DNA of 64,000 nt from Intoshia linei. Its lineage: Eukaryota > Animalia > Orthonectida. Below the pieces are notes generated by a model. The model searched no databases. It was not told the origin of the DNA and saw only the letters and a program-made list of their open reading frames with translations. The position numbers were made by a program, and so were the translations under genes. This document shows positions 34,185 through 48,025 of this stretch, in pieces (the first letter of the stretch is position 1; every line of letters starts with the position of its first letter). The DNA is taken from NCBI GenBank assembly GCA_001642005.1, contig LWCA01000029.1, forward strand, positions 9,914 through 73,913, written 5' to 3'.

Positions 34185-37100
34185 ATGAACTTTGATATTC
34201 TGCCAACCATAGCTGAGGTTTCCACCAGCATGGAGCAATTGGCGATAGAGGAAGAAGGGATTGACATCAAGAATGACTTATTACAAAATGCCGGAAATTT
34301 AAAATCGACAAATGGTTCTGGGGAAATGGGTCATAACGATAGTTTTGATGAAATGGACCAACAAAATGTTGATTTTTATTCTGATGGTTCACCTAATTCT
34401 GAAAATATTTACAAAGATTTTATACCAATAAATTATAACAATGACCAACTCAATGGAAACGTTGAACAGTTGATGGTGAGTATTTTGGACGAACGAGATT
34501 CATTATATCAAGATAAACGAAACTTGCAAGAAAAAATTGAAAATTTACAAGAAAATTTAAAAATTGTTCAAAAAGATTGTGATTTTTATTATTCTCAGTT
34601 GGAAGAAAATGTCACAAAGGATTATGCATTAATGTTGAGTCAATTTAATAGAATGAGTCAAGATATAGTTGAACGTGACGATGAAATTTTGGACTTAAAA
34701 GCTGAAAGACAAAACGTCAAGCTTCTTTTAAACCATTTGGAAATTTTAATATCACGTCATGAACGTTCTTTGAGATCTACATTGATGAAACGTCAAAATG
34801 GTCAGAATTCGATGAACGGGTCTAGTGAGGTTGAAATATTAAAAGCAATGAAATCTTTATTTGAACATCACAAGGTTTTGGACGAGAAGGTGAGGGACAA
34901 GTTGAAAGTTTCTCGTGAACGTGTTGTCGAACTTGAAACGGAGCTTTATAAGGCGAATGAAGAGTTGCTCCAAAGTAAAGACGAAAACAATGATAAAGAG
35001 GACCATTTCAATGATGATGGGCGATTAGATTTACTGGAAAAGGAAAATAAAACTTTGAAATCAAAAATTGTCAATCTTGAGGCAAACTTTCAAACTAATA
35101 TTATTAAAATTGATGAATATGAAAAGGATTTTAGGAAACATAAAACGGACATGTTGCATAATCAAGAAAATTATGATAAATTGAAATTTGACAATGAAAA
35201 CTTGTTAAATGTCGAAAAAAAGTTAAAAACGAGTTTAACTTTAAAGGATCACACAATAGGTGAACTGAAAAGTAAAAATTCAGAGTTGTATGCAAGTTTA
35301 CGGCAAATTAATAAACAAAATGACGCTAATGTCAAGAATAACGAATTAGTAAAGTGTCTTAATGAACTCACTGAAGCGGAAAGTCGAAATGAAGCGTCAA
35401 GAGAGCAATATTATCAATTGGAGTTGCAGTTACAAGAAGCCGTTTCAGAGTTGAATCGAGCATGTAAACGTGAAAAACTCAACGAAGACCATAATATTAG
35501 ACTTTCCTATACAGTTGACAAGCTGCTTAATGAGTCTTGTGAACGATTACAAATTCACATGTCTGAAAAGATTGTGTCTATTGACAAGAACAATGAAATG
35601 AAACTTAAAATTGAGTCCATGCAACATAGTCTTACCAATCTAAATAATGAAAATGTAATTTTTTTAAATTATTGTCTTGTAAATTCAAGTTTCTGAGGGT
35701 ATATGATTTGTTCAATAAAAATTTGACCTTTTTAAATATAGGACTTGATTATACAAATTAACTTTTCAGACACGTTATATATTCATAATATAATGTACCT
35801 TACCATTAGGTTCAATTAAAATCAAAACTAAATGCCCTGAAGGAAAATTATGATAAATCTATACTTGAATTGGATTATTTAAGGTATTAATTTTTTATTT
35901 TGATATCAATTAAAACTTATTAGAAAAGAATATAAACATAGGAGTACATGTAACAATGATGGTGAAGTATTTTAGTTTAGATTTAGACACATTAAAATAA
36001 TTTAGCAATTTTACAACGAATATGGTACCAAATTGCCAATTAATCAATCCAACCTCTACAATTCCATTTGTTTAAATAGAATAGCTACTTTACCTAAACA
36101 CATGGATTGTAATAATTACTCAATTGAATCAGATATTGATCAAAGTAATGCCATGTGTAGTAAAGAACCTTTAACGTTAAATTCTAATGCTCAAAACGCT
36201 GCAGAAATTTTACAACAACAATTAAATGCCATAAACAATGAAATTAGGTAAATTTTAAATTTTGGGTTAAAAATACTTTTCATCCTAAATTTAGGTCGCA
36301 TGTTGTTTAATTTTCATTTAAATTGAGTAACTGGGACATTTTCACTTTTAAATTATGTTTTAAAGCGGGCAAAGAATTTTTAATATTAACATACAAATAG
36401 TGCAAATCTTTATATATCAAAATACATTAATTGTATTGTACTTTTTTGATTATGAAGGTATCAATTACTGAAATTTAAATTTTTTCTCTATATAACTTGA
36501 AAAAACAATAAAATGCTATGTTTAAAAAATTCTACGATTCAAAGTTTTCATTGTTTTTCAAAATAAGTGTAATTTGGTCTTTGTTGGTGGAGATGCAAAT
36601 GTATGAGAATAAAATTCATCCTACTTGATGTATTGGAATGAAAATAACTTAGAATTAGAGCTTTAGAATTTGAGTAATCACAAATTATAAGACAATTATT
36701 TTCAGTAAGTGTCTTATAAAAAACTAGATTTACTGGTATGTATTTGTACAAACAGCAGCTAGCTCTGCCGAGGGTCGCTTTTTAATTTTAAAATCTATTT
36801 TTTAAATGTTTATAGACATTGAGTGTATAATCTTAAAAACAATCCAATTATAGTTACAACTCTAAAAAATCGTCATAAATAATATTAATTCCATATAAAT
36901 AAAATTTTAAATATCTATATTACATACTTTTATCTGCTGTCATGCATTTCGGATAATCCTTATCAATGAAAACTTATCATAAGGCAATGTTACCAACATC
37001 CTAATTTATATAATATGCTACCCGATTTTTGTTTGTGTGTGTGTGTCTGTGTGTTACGCTTTATTGACATAACTACACGTCTTAGAATTTTATAAATACC

Positions 37101-40100
37101 ACATTTCAATTACAGTTTTTTCCGGGACGTATAATAAGATAAATTTCAACTCTCCAATTTCACATCTTACGAGTCAAAAACCCCAGTTGTCCCTCTTTTT
37201 GAAAATCAAACGAGTTGGAGAATTTAAAAAGATATATAAGCTGATGCGGATTTTAAAATAGTAAACATCATAAACTTAAATTTACAAAAATTGTGAAATA
37301 AATCAAATGAAATAAGCTGTATCAGTATAATCTATTATTTAAATTTTAGACTATTTTCATTTTTTAATAAATGAAAATCTGGGGTTTTGTGAAAATGTAC
37401 TTTGATGAAATTTTCATGTATGATACCGATTAAGTTTTTCAAAAATATCCTAGAATTTATGTTTTATCAAATTTTAGGGATGATTTTTTTTACCGAAAAG
37501 TGAGATTGGGTTTCTGACCCTGAAAGACTCAATTTCTGAAAATGAAAGCTGCATTAAAACATCACTCTTTCAAAACTATTAAAACGTTAGTTTTGTTAAA
37601 TTATAGGACTGTTAATGTTTTAAATAAACGGTAACACACTCGGGCATTCAATTTTATATAAGTAGGATTTAAATTGAAATTGACAATTAAAGTGAGAACT
37701 AATTATGGTGCACTATTGAATGTTATAAAATTAAAATTCGGGTGGTAGCCGAATCTACCCTACTGATATTTCTCTACTGTGTATTTCGAAACTTCGACGA
37801 AACTTTTATAAATACGGCATTTAAAAAATGTAGCTTGATCAATATAATTATTGATACTTAACAGTCTAAGTCATTATTAATGGAATTGTTAGCAGGAATT
37901 CCATTTTAGCGGAAAAATTCCATATTAACGGAATTTCAAATTATTTGTATTTTTTTTAACGAATTTTTACGAACCAAAAATTGTGTTAATAATAATTTTA
38001 TCTTTAAAGCTCTAGAATTACTTCGTCATGTATTATTCAAAAAACTCATAATAACAAAAAATGTGACTATTTAAAAAAATTAAATTCCGTTAACAAGGGT
38101 GTTACTATGGGAAAATTCCATATTAACGGAATTACGGAATTTTAATTTTGGTTGTCAAATTTAAACTGTCAAGTACAGATTGTGAAGAAGTGGTTAGTCA
38201 TTATATTGCATTCCCGCAGTGTTTGAAAATTTTTAAATCCTCTTTTTGATTGTTTAAGTTCAATTATTTTAGATTCTGCTGTTATTAGAAGAGGCCACCG
38301 AAAATAAAAAATGGGGGGTAAAATTTTTTTGCACACGATGTGAAACGAGGCCCTAGCCACCGATCCAGTGCTCTTGGTTTGACATTTTAATATGTGATAG
38401 TATATATGTCATAGTGATATATCATACAAATGAAGAAACTGAGTGTCAGCCTTTGTTTCTCATAATTGTTGACACCCTAGTATCCTTAAGGAAATTGACT
38501 GAAAAAATAGTCAATTTCATGTCTTTCCAAAAATATATTTCGCTATTACGAGGTCTGATTGTATGATGGAAAAGTGGGTGCTAATATAAATAAGATTAGG
38601 GATAAGGGAGTTCATTTATTCAGTGTATGCATTTTAATGAATTTATTATACCCAAATCTTACTGTTTATTTATTGTAATTTGGTTATTACAAATGCAACT
38701 CTGTGAAAGCTGATATAATGAATTAACATGGTTTATAGATTAATTCAAGAAGAGAAAAACATTAACGATTTCCGAGTAAAGAATTTGGTCAATTATGTTG
38801 AAAATTCAAAAAACCAATCAAGTCCTTATATTTGCTCGCCTTCTTCTACTTTATCATCAAATATTCACTTAGAAGCAAATAATCCATCATATCCAGCAGA
38901 CACGCTCAACAAAAGCTCACGAAAGGATTTGTACAAAAATGACCAAATTTATTTACCCTCCAATTGCATTCAAAATGAAGCATTTTATAACCCAGAAGAC
39001 GCATTTAATAAAAGGTAATAATCTGATACCACCATATCGTTAAAACACCTACTGTCATTTTGGTGTTAATCCGGTAATGTTGATTTTGTCTTTAAGATTT
39101 AGTATGATAATAATCTATTCCATTATTGTAATAGTTAAATCCAAATTGATAATATTGACTACTTGTTAATACTCCCAAAGGTGTTCACCGTTAAAATTAA
39201 TATATTATTTTAGGGATTAATTTAATATTATTAAGGATAAAAAATCACTTAATCTAATTTCAAAATAAAAAAACCGATTTTAACAATTATTAAGCTTTAA
39301 AGGGGAAAGTCTAGTTTTTCTAATATTTTTTTGAATAATATTAATTTACCAAAATTAGGGAGAAAAAACCACTTAATCCAACCACAAAAAAAAAATTCCA
39401 CTTTTTCTAATACACTCCGTCCAATAATTATAACAACACTATCATTTTGTTAATAAAAATTATATTTGTAAAGCAAAATTTATGAAAATTGGCATGTTGG
39501 ACATGCACAATGTAAGGTTGTCATATTAAAAAAAAATAATTGAAAAAAAACACAATTAACTAAAGTTTTTTAATAAAAACGTTAAAAATACAAAAAGAAG
39601 AGTGACCATAAATTATAACAACACAACTGTTTATTAATTATAATGTCTATATATGCTACATGAATATTTCTTTCAATAATTAATTGACTTTCCTCCAACC
39701 TTTAATACTTTGATTGCACGATTTTGTTTAGAATCTGATAGTTTCAAAAACGTTTCATGCAAAATGTCTTCCCATGAATCCATTACGGCTTTTGTTAGTT
39801 CATTAATATTGTTATATTGTTGATTTCCACCATAGAGACATCGAACCATTATACCCAAATATTTTCTATAGGATTGAGATTTGGAGACACAGCATGCCAT
39901 TCCATAATATTAAAAAAATGATCATTTAAAAATAATTTTGTCGACCTAGATTTGTGACAACTCGCATTATCTTGTTGATAGATCAAATTTTTTCTTAAAT
40001 TTTCGTTGTGAGGAAGGAGAGGTATGAGGTTATGCTCTATAACTGTTTGGTACTTGATAGAGTTTATATTACCATCTACTTTGACAACACATTTTATACC

Positions 40101-43045
40101 ACCACTTGAAAAAGCTCCCCATATCATAACACCACTTCCACCAAATCTTCTACTGACCCTTTCTGGCAATTCATGGCGTAAGTCATGCCAGTAATAATTG
40201 TAGTAATCGGGATCATCTATATTACTCTTCAGATAATTTTCCGCCTACTTTACTTTGGAGTCCTTGTGTCTTGCTAGTAATTTTGACTTTGGTTTAATTT
40301 TAACAAGGATGATAATTTAGTTTGACTTTATAACATTGTAAACGGAACATTATATATATTTATTCCCTTAGAGCACATAATCGCCGCAACACCTCTTACT
40401 CTTTTATTAGGATTCGAAGTTACCTCCCTTATAATGACTCTTTTTGTCATATCTGACATTTTAGTTTTAGCACCAGCTCTTTTTCTGCCTTCATCATAAC
40501 CTTGTGGGTCATCTAAAAATGATCGAACTACATCAAACGATCTTCTTAATGTAAAATGGCAATTTAAACAATCAGCAATATTCCTATACAATCTCCTGAT
40601 GTTATTGTCATCATATGCTGCTCCTAAAATGAATTTTTTTCATCATCACTTAATTTGCAACCTATACCCATGTTCTAAGTAAATTCTTATTAATTAGTAC
40701 AATTAAAAATTGGATTTTTGGAAAGTGTTGTTATAATTTATGGACACTCGTGTTTTTTTATTTTTAACGTTTTTATTAAAAAACTTTAGTTAATTTGGTT
40801 TTTTTTCAATTATTTTTTTTAATATGACAACTTTACATTGTGCATGTCCAACATGTTAATATTTTTCATAAATTTCATATTTTCATAAATTTTGATCTAC
40901 AAATATAATTGTTATTAACAAATTGATAGTGTTAATATAATTATTGGACGGATTGTACTATATTAAAAAATTGATTTTTACTAAACCAAATACAAATTTG
41001 AATATGAAGAGAAGAAATATTTTTAATAAATTAAGTGATTTGCGTAATTATTATTACTGCAACTTATTTTTGGAAATATCGACAATTTGTCTATATTTGT
41101 TCTCTCATCAATAAAAAGGTACCCATTGCCTTATAAAATATGGGCGAAGCACCTACTAAACCTTCAAAAATAAAATCTATTTGTATCAAATGCACTCTAA
41201 ACACACGGATCACATCCTTTTTAATTATTATAACAATCAAAATGAGATAGCATAGTGTCTTTTTCCAATGTAATATGTTTTGATTTTATGGAGTATTTGC
41301 GTGGTGATGTGACCGGTTTTGATTAATTTACACGTGAGTTAATGAATACATTGATAATTTGTATCATTTTTAGAATATCTCTTTATACTGAGAAAAAATT
41401 ATCAAATTCAAAGAATAATATTTCAGAAACTTCCTCCCTTTCTCAAACTAACGGAAATACCTCTCAAACTGAAATATTATATGATAAAAGAGAAAAACGT
41501 AGTTCAATTTTAAACATTTCAAAATATTTCCGCAAGAAAGATAAAAAAAAGAATAAAATTTATCATTCAAACTCAACTGGTATTATTACTTAGTTACTAA
41601 ATTTTAGTATTTATCAATTTTTAATGCCTAAAATATGTAGAATCAAATACTTCTTTTATCAAAAACGAATTTAAACAAATTAAAAACAAAAAGTATAGCA
41701 AAATTGATGAATACAGTCGCGTTAAACAAAGGTAAATAATATTTTACTTTATGATGACTCGTTATTTAAATGTAGACATCAACTCTTACTAGACACTATT
41801 AAAGCTGGAACACCATTTCATGTATGGAATGGACCGACGGTAGTGGCATGGATGGAGGTAAAACATTTTTTGAATATTAAAAAATAAAATATTTGTAGTT
41901 ATGGGTTGGCATGCCACTTTGGTACGTTGCAGCGTGTCGTGCAAACATAAATAATGGTTCCATAATGATGAAATTATCAGATTTTGAAATACAAAAACAA
42001 CTTGGAGTAGCCAATCCATTACATCGTGTAAAACTTCGTTTAGCAATATCTGAAATGATATCATGTTTACATTATATATCAAAAAACCCAAATATTGAAA
42101 ATTGTAAAAGAATAGAAAATGCAAACGTTTCACCTTACAGTATTTTTAATAATGAAAAAATGATTACTCCAGATTGTACTTATCCATGCATTTATAATTT
42201 CATTCACATGAACCACGAATGGGTGGGAAATGAATGGCTGTACGATTTAGGTTTATCTACATATCGATCCATTTTTATGGAAAACCTGGTAGACATTAGA
42301 ATGATGAAAAATTTAACCAGAGAAAATTACCAAAATTACTTTTCAATAACCAACCCGGTTCATTTGTATGGAATTTTATTTTTATTATTTTATTTATATT
42401 TTAGATCTAGTCTTAATTGTAGTATCATTTCTTTAGAAAAAATTAACTATGATCTCTTTAAGTTGAATGAATTGCGCTCTGAATGTGATAAGAATTGTAA
42501 AAGTATGTATATTAGCTATTTTATATTTTAACTGGGTTGACTGTAACATATTTCATACAAACAGCACCTAGCTTTGCCGATAGTGGCCTTATTTGATTAT
42601 ACCAAAAAATTAAGTGCAATAAAATCTTACTTAAAAATGCTACTATTCATTATTACCAATCCCGTAAATATATATAAAGGAGTGGTTTCGATAAGTAAAA
42701 AATAATTTGTATAAATAATTAACGGACTCGGCACTTTAAAAATCTATTTCGGGTAAATTTTACTAACATTGTAAATTTATTTTAATTTAAATTTTAGATG
42801 TTCATATTTGGACAAATCAACGAGTTATTAAATGGATTGAATCATTACCAGAAATTCGAGAATTTTCAAAAAATTTGTTGGATACTGGTGTAAATGGACC
42901 ATTATTAGTTTACGACACATCCTTTAAATGTACACAATTGAGTGATGTACTTAGGATACCTACTTCTTCCAAATGTAATGAAAGAAAAGTTTTAGAATCT
43001 TATTATAATCAACTTTTCATACTAAAACCCAACAATTTTTGTTAA
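34185..43045 (+). CDS. Liprin-alpha (SYD-2/PPFIA), multi-exon
   Basis: [11 protein letters not shown] start, [93 protein letters not shown]|LIQEEK; SAM1 [11 protein letters not shown]|[16 protein letters not shown]; SAM2 [11 protein letters not shown]; SAM3 [14 protein letters not shown]; stop 43043-43045. Confidence 0.95.
36999..37730 (+). mobile_element. Helitron family 5' portion (separate minus-strand 3' hairpin at 36724-36775)
   Basis: A|TCCTAATTTATATAATATGCTACCCG followed by (TG)n; internal sequence similar to the 9590 and 53607 copies. Confidence 0.75.
39413..40955 (-). mobile_element. Tc3-like (DD34E) Tc1/mariner element with long IR/DR TIRs, frameshifted transposase
   Basis: TA flanks at both ends; ~210-bp TIRs (CACTCCGTCCAATAATTATAAC...) with inner direct repeats; ATG 40671 [12 protein letters not shown]...[15 protein letters not shown]...[22 protein letters not shown]...SPNLNPIE with 34 aa between D and E. 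Confidence 0.92.
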
Positions 43046-43583
43046 TTTGTAAAAATATCCATGTAGCAACATTTGTATTTGTGTAGTTAAATTTTTTTCA
43101 ATTTGTTTTGTATGCGTTTATTTTTTTTCGGTGAAATTAAAATTGTCAAGTGTAAGAAATCGATTTCCGATTTTTTAAAAATAAAATAAGTCCAAAATTT
43201 AAAAAATGTATTATTAACGCATTTGAAAGTTATTAAGGTTTTAATAGTTCGTCAAATTCCGGACCTTTATATGAGAATATTTAGTCTCGATAAAGTTTAA
43301 AACGAAATTGTGCTTCACAAACGATAAATTAAACTCAGAAAAATATACAAAAATACTTACATAATATTGTACTATAATACTTATATATAATATTGATTAT
43401 AATCAATAATAATAATAATTATTAATTATTTTAGTTAGTTTTTTTTAAATTTTCCAATCGACCCCTGTAAACCAAAAATACCACAAAATTATTTCACTGT
43501 TATCGCCCCCTCTCCTAAGTATTCAAAACGCCCACAGGGTGCGATATTGCCCACGTTGGGAAACACTGCCTTAGACTCTAAGG

Positions 43584-45361
43584 CAGTGGTTCTTAACCCG
43601 GGTGCATAATTAATCAATTTTTGGGGTGCACAGAGCTATTTTCAATTTATTTTAATTACATTAATAAAATCATTAGTGAAAAATTAATTATTAATTAATT
43701 AATTAATTTTCTAAATGAGTGAAATTACATAATTGATATTTTTATTATAAACAAAAAGATTAGATATAAGACATAATTTCATCTTGTTAATACTTATTAA
43801 GTTAAGTTAATAATTAACGCTCATTGAATTTATTCACAATCATTTAATAATCAAATTAATTTTGTATTTTCAACGTTTTTAACGTATACAAATTATCATA
43901 TAGTTTCTAATCTTTTCTAAGGATGTCTAAAAGAAGACAATGAAATAAGAATTAGGTAGAATTTTGTTTTACCTGTCGTAGTAATGCAGATGAAATGGAA
44001 AAACCTTAGTGCATTTACTTTTCGGCGTTTTATGCAATAATTGCATAAAGCCAAACTTCCTACGTAATCATAAGAATATAAAACACTCAAACCTCATTGA
44101 CTGTGTGGAAGTTATCGTTCGAAAAAGAAGACGTTTCGATATAAGTGGAACAGTTGACAATTTATCATTTCTTCTCAAAATAACAAAATTGTAGAGGCAT
44201 AATATCATGTTGCTTACATGTTTTCTAAACAAAAAAAGCATCATACCATCGGAAGCGTTGATCAAACCATGTACTCTTAACATTGCAAAACTTTTACTTG
44301 GATAATAACAAAAAGAGGCACTTAAATCAATTTCAACTTTGTAAAATGATTAAAAATGTAACAGAAGTTATCGAACTTCAAGTTATGGATGAACTTCGAA
44401 AAAGCCTAGTAAAATTTAGTTTACAATTGGACGAATCTACTGATGTTTTTTGCAATATATGTTGTGAATGATATCAATAGAAGGAATATCTGTTTTGTGA
44501 GTCATTAAATAATACTACAAGAGAATTTATGTATTCGAAATAAATTATATATTAATATATTAAAATATATATAAAATTTTTTATGGGCGCTATAATTTAC
44601 GTTGGCCCCAAATAGAAACATTTTTACATAATCTTTTGATTTTTCTAGTAACCATTTTGGAAATATATTATATATGACTATGATAGCTTTAAATGTGATA
44701 TTTGGGGATTTTTGGTGTAGTATGTTTAATATCTATCCACTTGTGACTAAAATTGCCCTTGAAGTAATTATTACTTTCGTTACAATATAGTTTTGTCAGG
44801 CTGGATTTTGTATTTTAACAAATTAAAAAAAAGAAAAAGGAATAAATGAGATGTCCGTGCCGGTATGCGAGTGAGCCTATCAAAAACAACGCGAAGATTT
44901 AGCTTACTTCTCATTTAAAAGCAACAATAACGATCCCATCAAAATTTATGTAAATAAATTTGTTCATTGTTATATAAAAGTTTTCCGCTACTACTTAATT
45001 TGTCTATTTTCTGAGTCTTTAACATTATAATTGAATAGTCTATTTTTGATTAATGAATTTGGTTGTATGACCAGGGCTACTACATTTTCCGATATTTTTC
45101 AAAGGAAAATAAATAATATATCTACTGGATATTGCAGTAGTACTTAAAACATTTTTAGTGAATATGATAGTTGACACGTTTTCATATTTATAAAGGTTAT
45201 AAGTAAATACAGACAGGGTCGTTGAGAGGGTCATATGTCCCGTGTCTACAATCATGAAGGCCTACTTTTTTAATTTATTAATAGGTATTGATAAAAAATT
45301 TCTTAAGTGTATCATAATTTCGATAATCAATGCGATTTCAAATTCAAATTTAGGAACCACT
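43584..45361 (+). mobile_element. Decayed hAT (Buster/Charlie-type) element
   Basis: CAGTGGTTCTTAACC left end; remnants MSKRR..., LCNNCIKPNFLRNH, HTIGSVDQT, FSLQLDESTDV; degenerate right end GGAACCACTC at ~45355. Confidence 0.75.
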
Positions 45362-45923
45362 CATTTAAAGGGTTGATATTAGTGAGTGTAGCATTTTTAA
45401 TCCGTTCACTGTCTGTGTATTCTATAGTATAGAATAATTTTGAAAAACTTTTTTTATTTTCATACATTTTGACATAGGTAATTTATAAATTATACAAGTT
45501 TAAATTAAAACATAAATTCCAGACAGTGAAATGGTTAAGCAAGATTTTATTATTGAGTTTATTTTTTTGGTAGAATTAAAAAAGTTCGTTTTTGGCAGAG
45601 CTAGGATGCTGTTTGTGCGAAGTACATAACAGTCAATCTAGTTATAATATAAAATTATCAACAAATCTGATGGATAATTATTTCATGTAACCATAAAAAA
45701 ATTTCTATGTATTTGGTCACACTGATTTATTTCATACATTTTCCTAGAGTTTTTCTAAACGCTTTAAAAATGTAACAATTTTTGATTAAATTCAATATAC
45801 TTTGAATGAACATCAAATATTTGATTATTATTATTTTTTATTACCTTATACATTTACCAGTCCTATTAGTCCAATATATACAATTGTAGTGTAATAAATT
45901 TGGTTTTCATATTTAATATTTAG

Positions 45924-47993
45924 AAACGAACCAATTGTATGTTACATAAACGAAAAGTTTGATGAATATTTCAAAGGAGAAACTGGAATAAATCGACGAA
46001 ATTTGGTTGACGATAGAGTCCATGCATGTGTCTATTTTATCAATCCAATTTCTAACAAGTATTTTTTCTTCTTTTTACTCCTCTACCAAAAATTTCTTCG
46101 AGGCCTCCGACGAGGGTCTCGATACGGTAGGTTGGGCTGTGGTTCCTACTGCCAGAAATTGTTTATAATTGTATGCCGAAATTTTTTTCAAAACATATTA
46201 CCACCTGCTTGAAGCTTTGCAATATTCAAATTTGATGTTATGCTATTTTAAGTACCATTATTTAGCATGTGATTATCATATTATACTCACTGTGTGGAAA
46301 TTGTATCGTTTATTTTGAATCCACTCATTATGATTAATAATCATTGATTACTCATATCGTGTTTATAGATACATTTTGCAATATTTTGGTTTATTGGATG
46401 ATTCCTTCGTAGATTTCCTTATTTAATTTTGTAATATTTTTAGTTTAAGGTATCATTAATAAATTTTTTTTGGATAATTGACATATAGAATACTTATTTT
46501 TTTAAAAATGCATACGGCTATATTTCGACATGCTACTGTGTAGAATAACAAAATCTTGTGTTGTACAAGAACCATAATACTATGACATACTATTATTCTA
46601 TTGATTGCCAAAAATTGGAAGGTAAAAATTACTCAATTAAAAATATGATTAATATTTACATATAAATATTTTATTAGGTCCATGACAAATAATTTTTAAA
46701 TTTTGGTGTTCACGACGTTTATTACTTTCAGAAGCACTGATATAGATTGTCATTTTCGTTGAGCAGCTTATATTTCGTAAATTTTTATTGTTAACATACG
46801 ACAATAATTAATGAAAATAGTTGTTTAACTATATTGATGGTATGATTTTAACTTTAGTGTGATAAGTGATCACCTCCAATGGAGGTTATCCATAAAAGTG
46901 ATAACTTTATGATTTTTGAGTTTACTCTATATTTATTATTACATACATGTGTAAAGAACTGTGCAATTTCGATTTGTGCTGTTGAGAATATTTCTAGAAT
47001 GTTAAATCCAAAAAATATTTATATTCACAATTTTGATGATGATAAATCAAATATTACAAGGTTAAGAGGATAAAAGTTTATATTTGTCCAAATTAAATAG
47101 TTTATAAATTAAATAATTGGCAAATTAAATTATATATTTATCTACTGACTTGTTTGTCGTTGACTGTTAGTGGAATTAATGCTTTTATTACACTGAATCG
47201 TAGGGGTTGGAAAGCGTTTTAGTTTGGCATTCATTAAATCAACTGAGAAATAAACACTGCTTAGTTTTAAATTTAAACTTTAAACACGTAATATGATTTA
47301 AAAAGTAAAATAAAAAATATTAACTGTAAGTATTTTTATTTAATGTTTCTTTTGAGTGCTCTCATTATCGATATTTGATCTAATATGATTATAATTATAA
47401 TTAATATAGAATGAAATCATCTGATATAGTAACATTATTAAAATTACACAAAATTGTTAATGTTATTCCAGTTATTGCTCGTTCAGATTTATTGAACGTT
47501 CAGGAATTGGCGCAAATGAAATGGAATGTACTTTTAATTTAAACGTTAACGGTATACTTTATTTAGATATTGAAACAAATAAATGACAATAACATTGAAA
47601 TATACACACTCGGAGATGAAGGTGGTGAGGAAGACGAAAGTGGAGAATATCTAGAAGAATTGAACAAATTAAATAGATTGATTCCGTTTGCTGTAGTTGG
47701 CGCAACAGATTGTTCCGAGGGAAGTGGTTCTAAATTACGTGGTAGAAAATATCCATGGGGTTTTATTAACATTGAAGACAAGGACCATTGCAACTTTTCG
47801 GCATTAAGAGCAATTCTTACTACTTACATAGCAGATTTAAAAGAAGTTACCGAGAATTACTTGTATGAGGTTTACAGATGTAGTAAATTGAGACAAGCTA
47901 TCAATGTTTCAAAAAGACAAAGGTATTTATTGTAAAATTAACATAAACTTCATTAAAACTAGTCGATTCACTGTGGATAATAATTTGAAATAA
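45924..47993 (+). CDS. Septin, C-terminal part only (exons 45924-46059, 47410-47527, 47567-47922, 47963-47993)
   Basis: EPIVCYINEKFDEYFKGETGINRRNLVDDRVHACVYFINP, VNVIPVIARSD (G4), IPFAVVGA, LRGRKYPWGFINIEDKDHCNFSALR (septin unique element). G1/G3 exons were not found. Confidence 0.85.
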
Positions 47994-48025
47994 ACGACTT
48001 GTTACAATGTATATTTTCATTAAAA

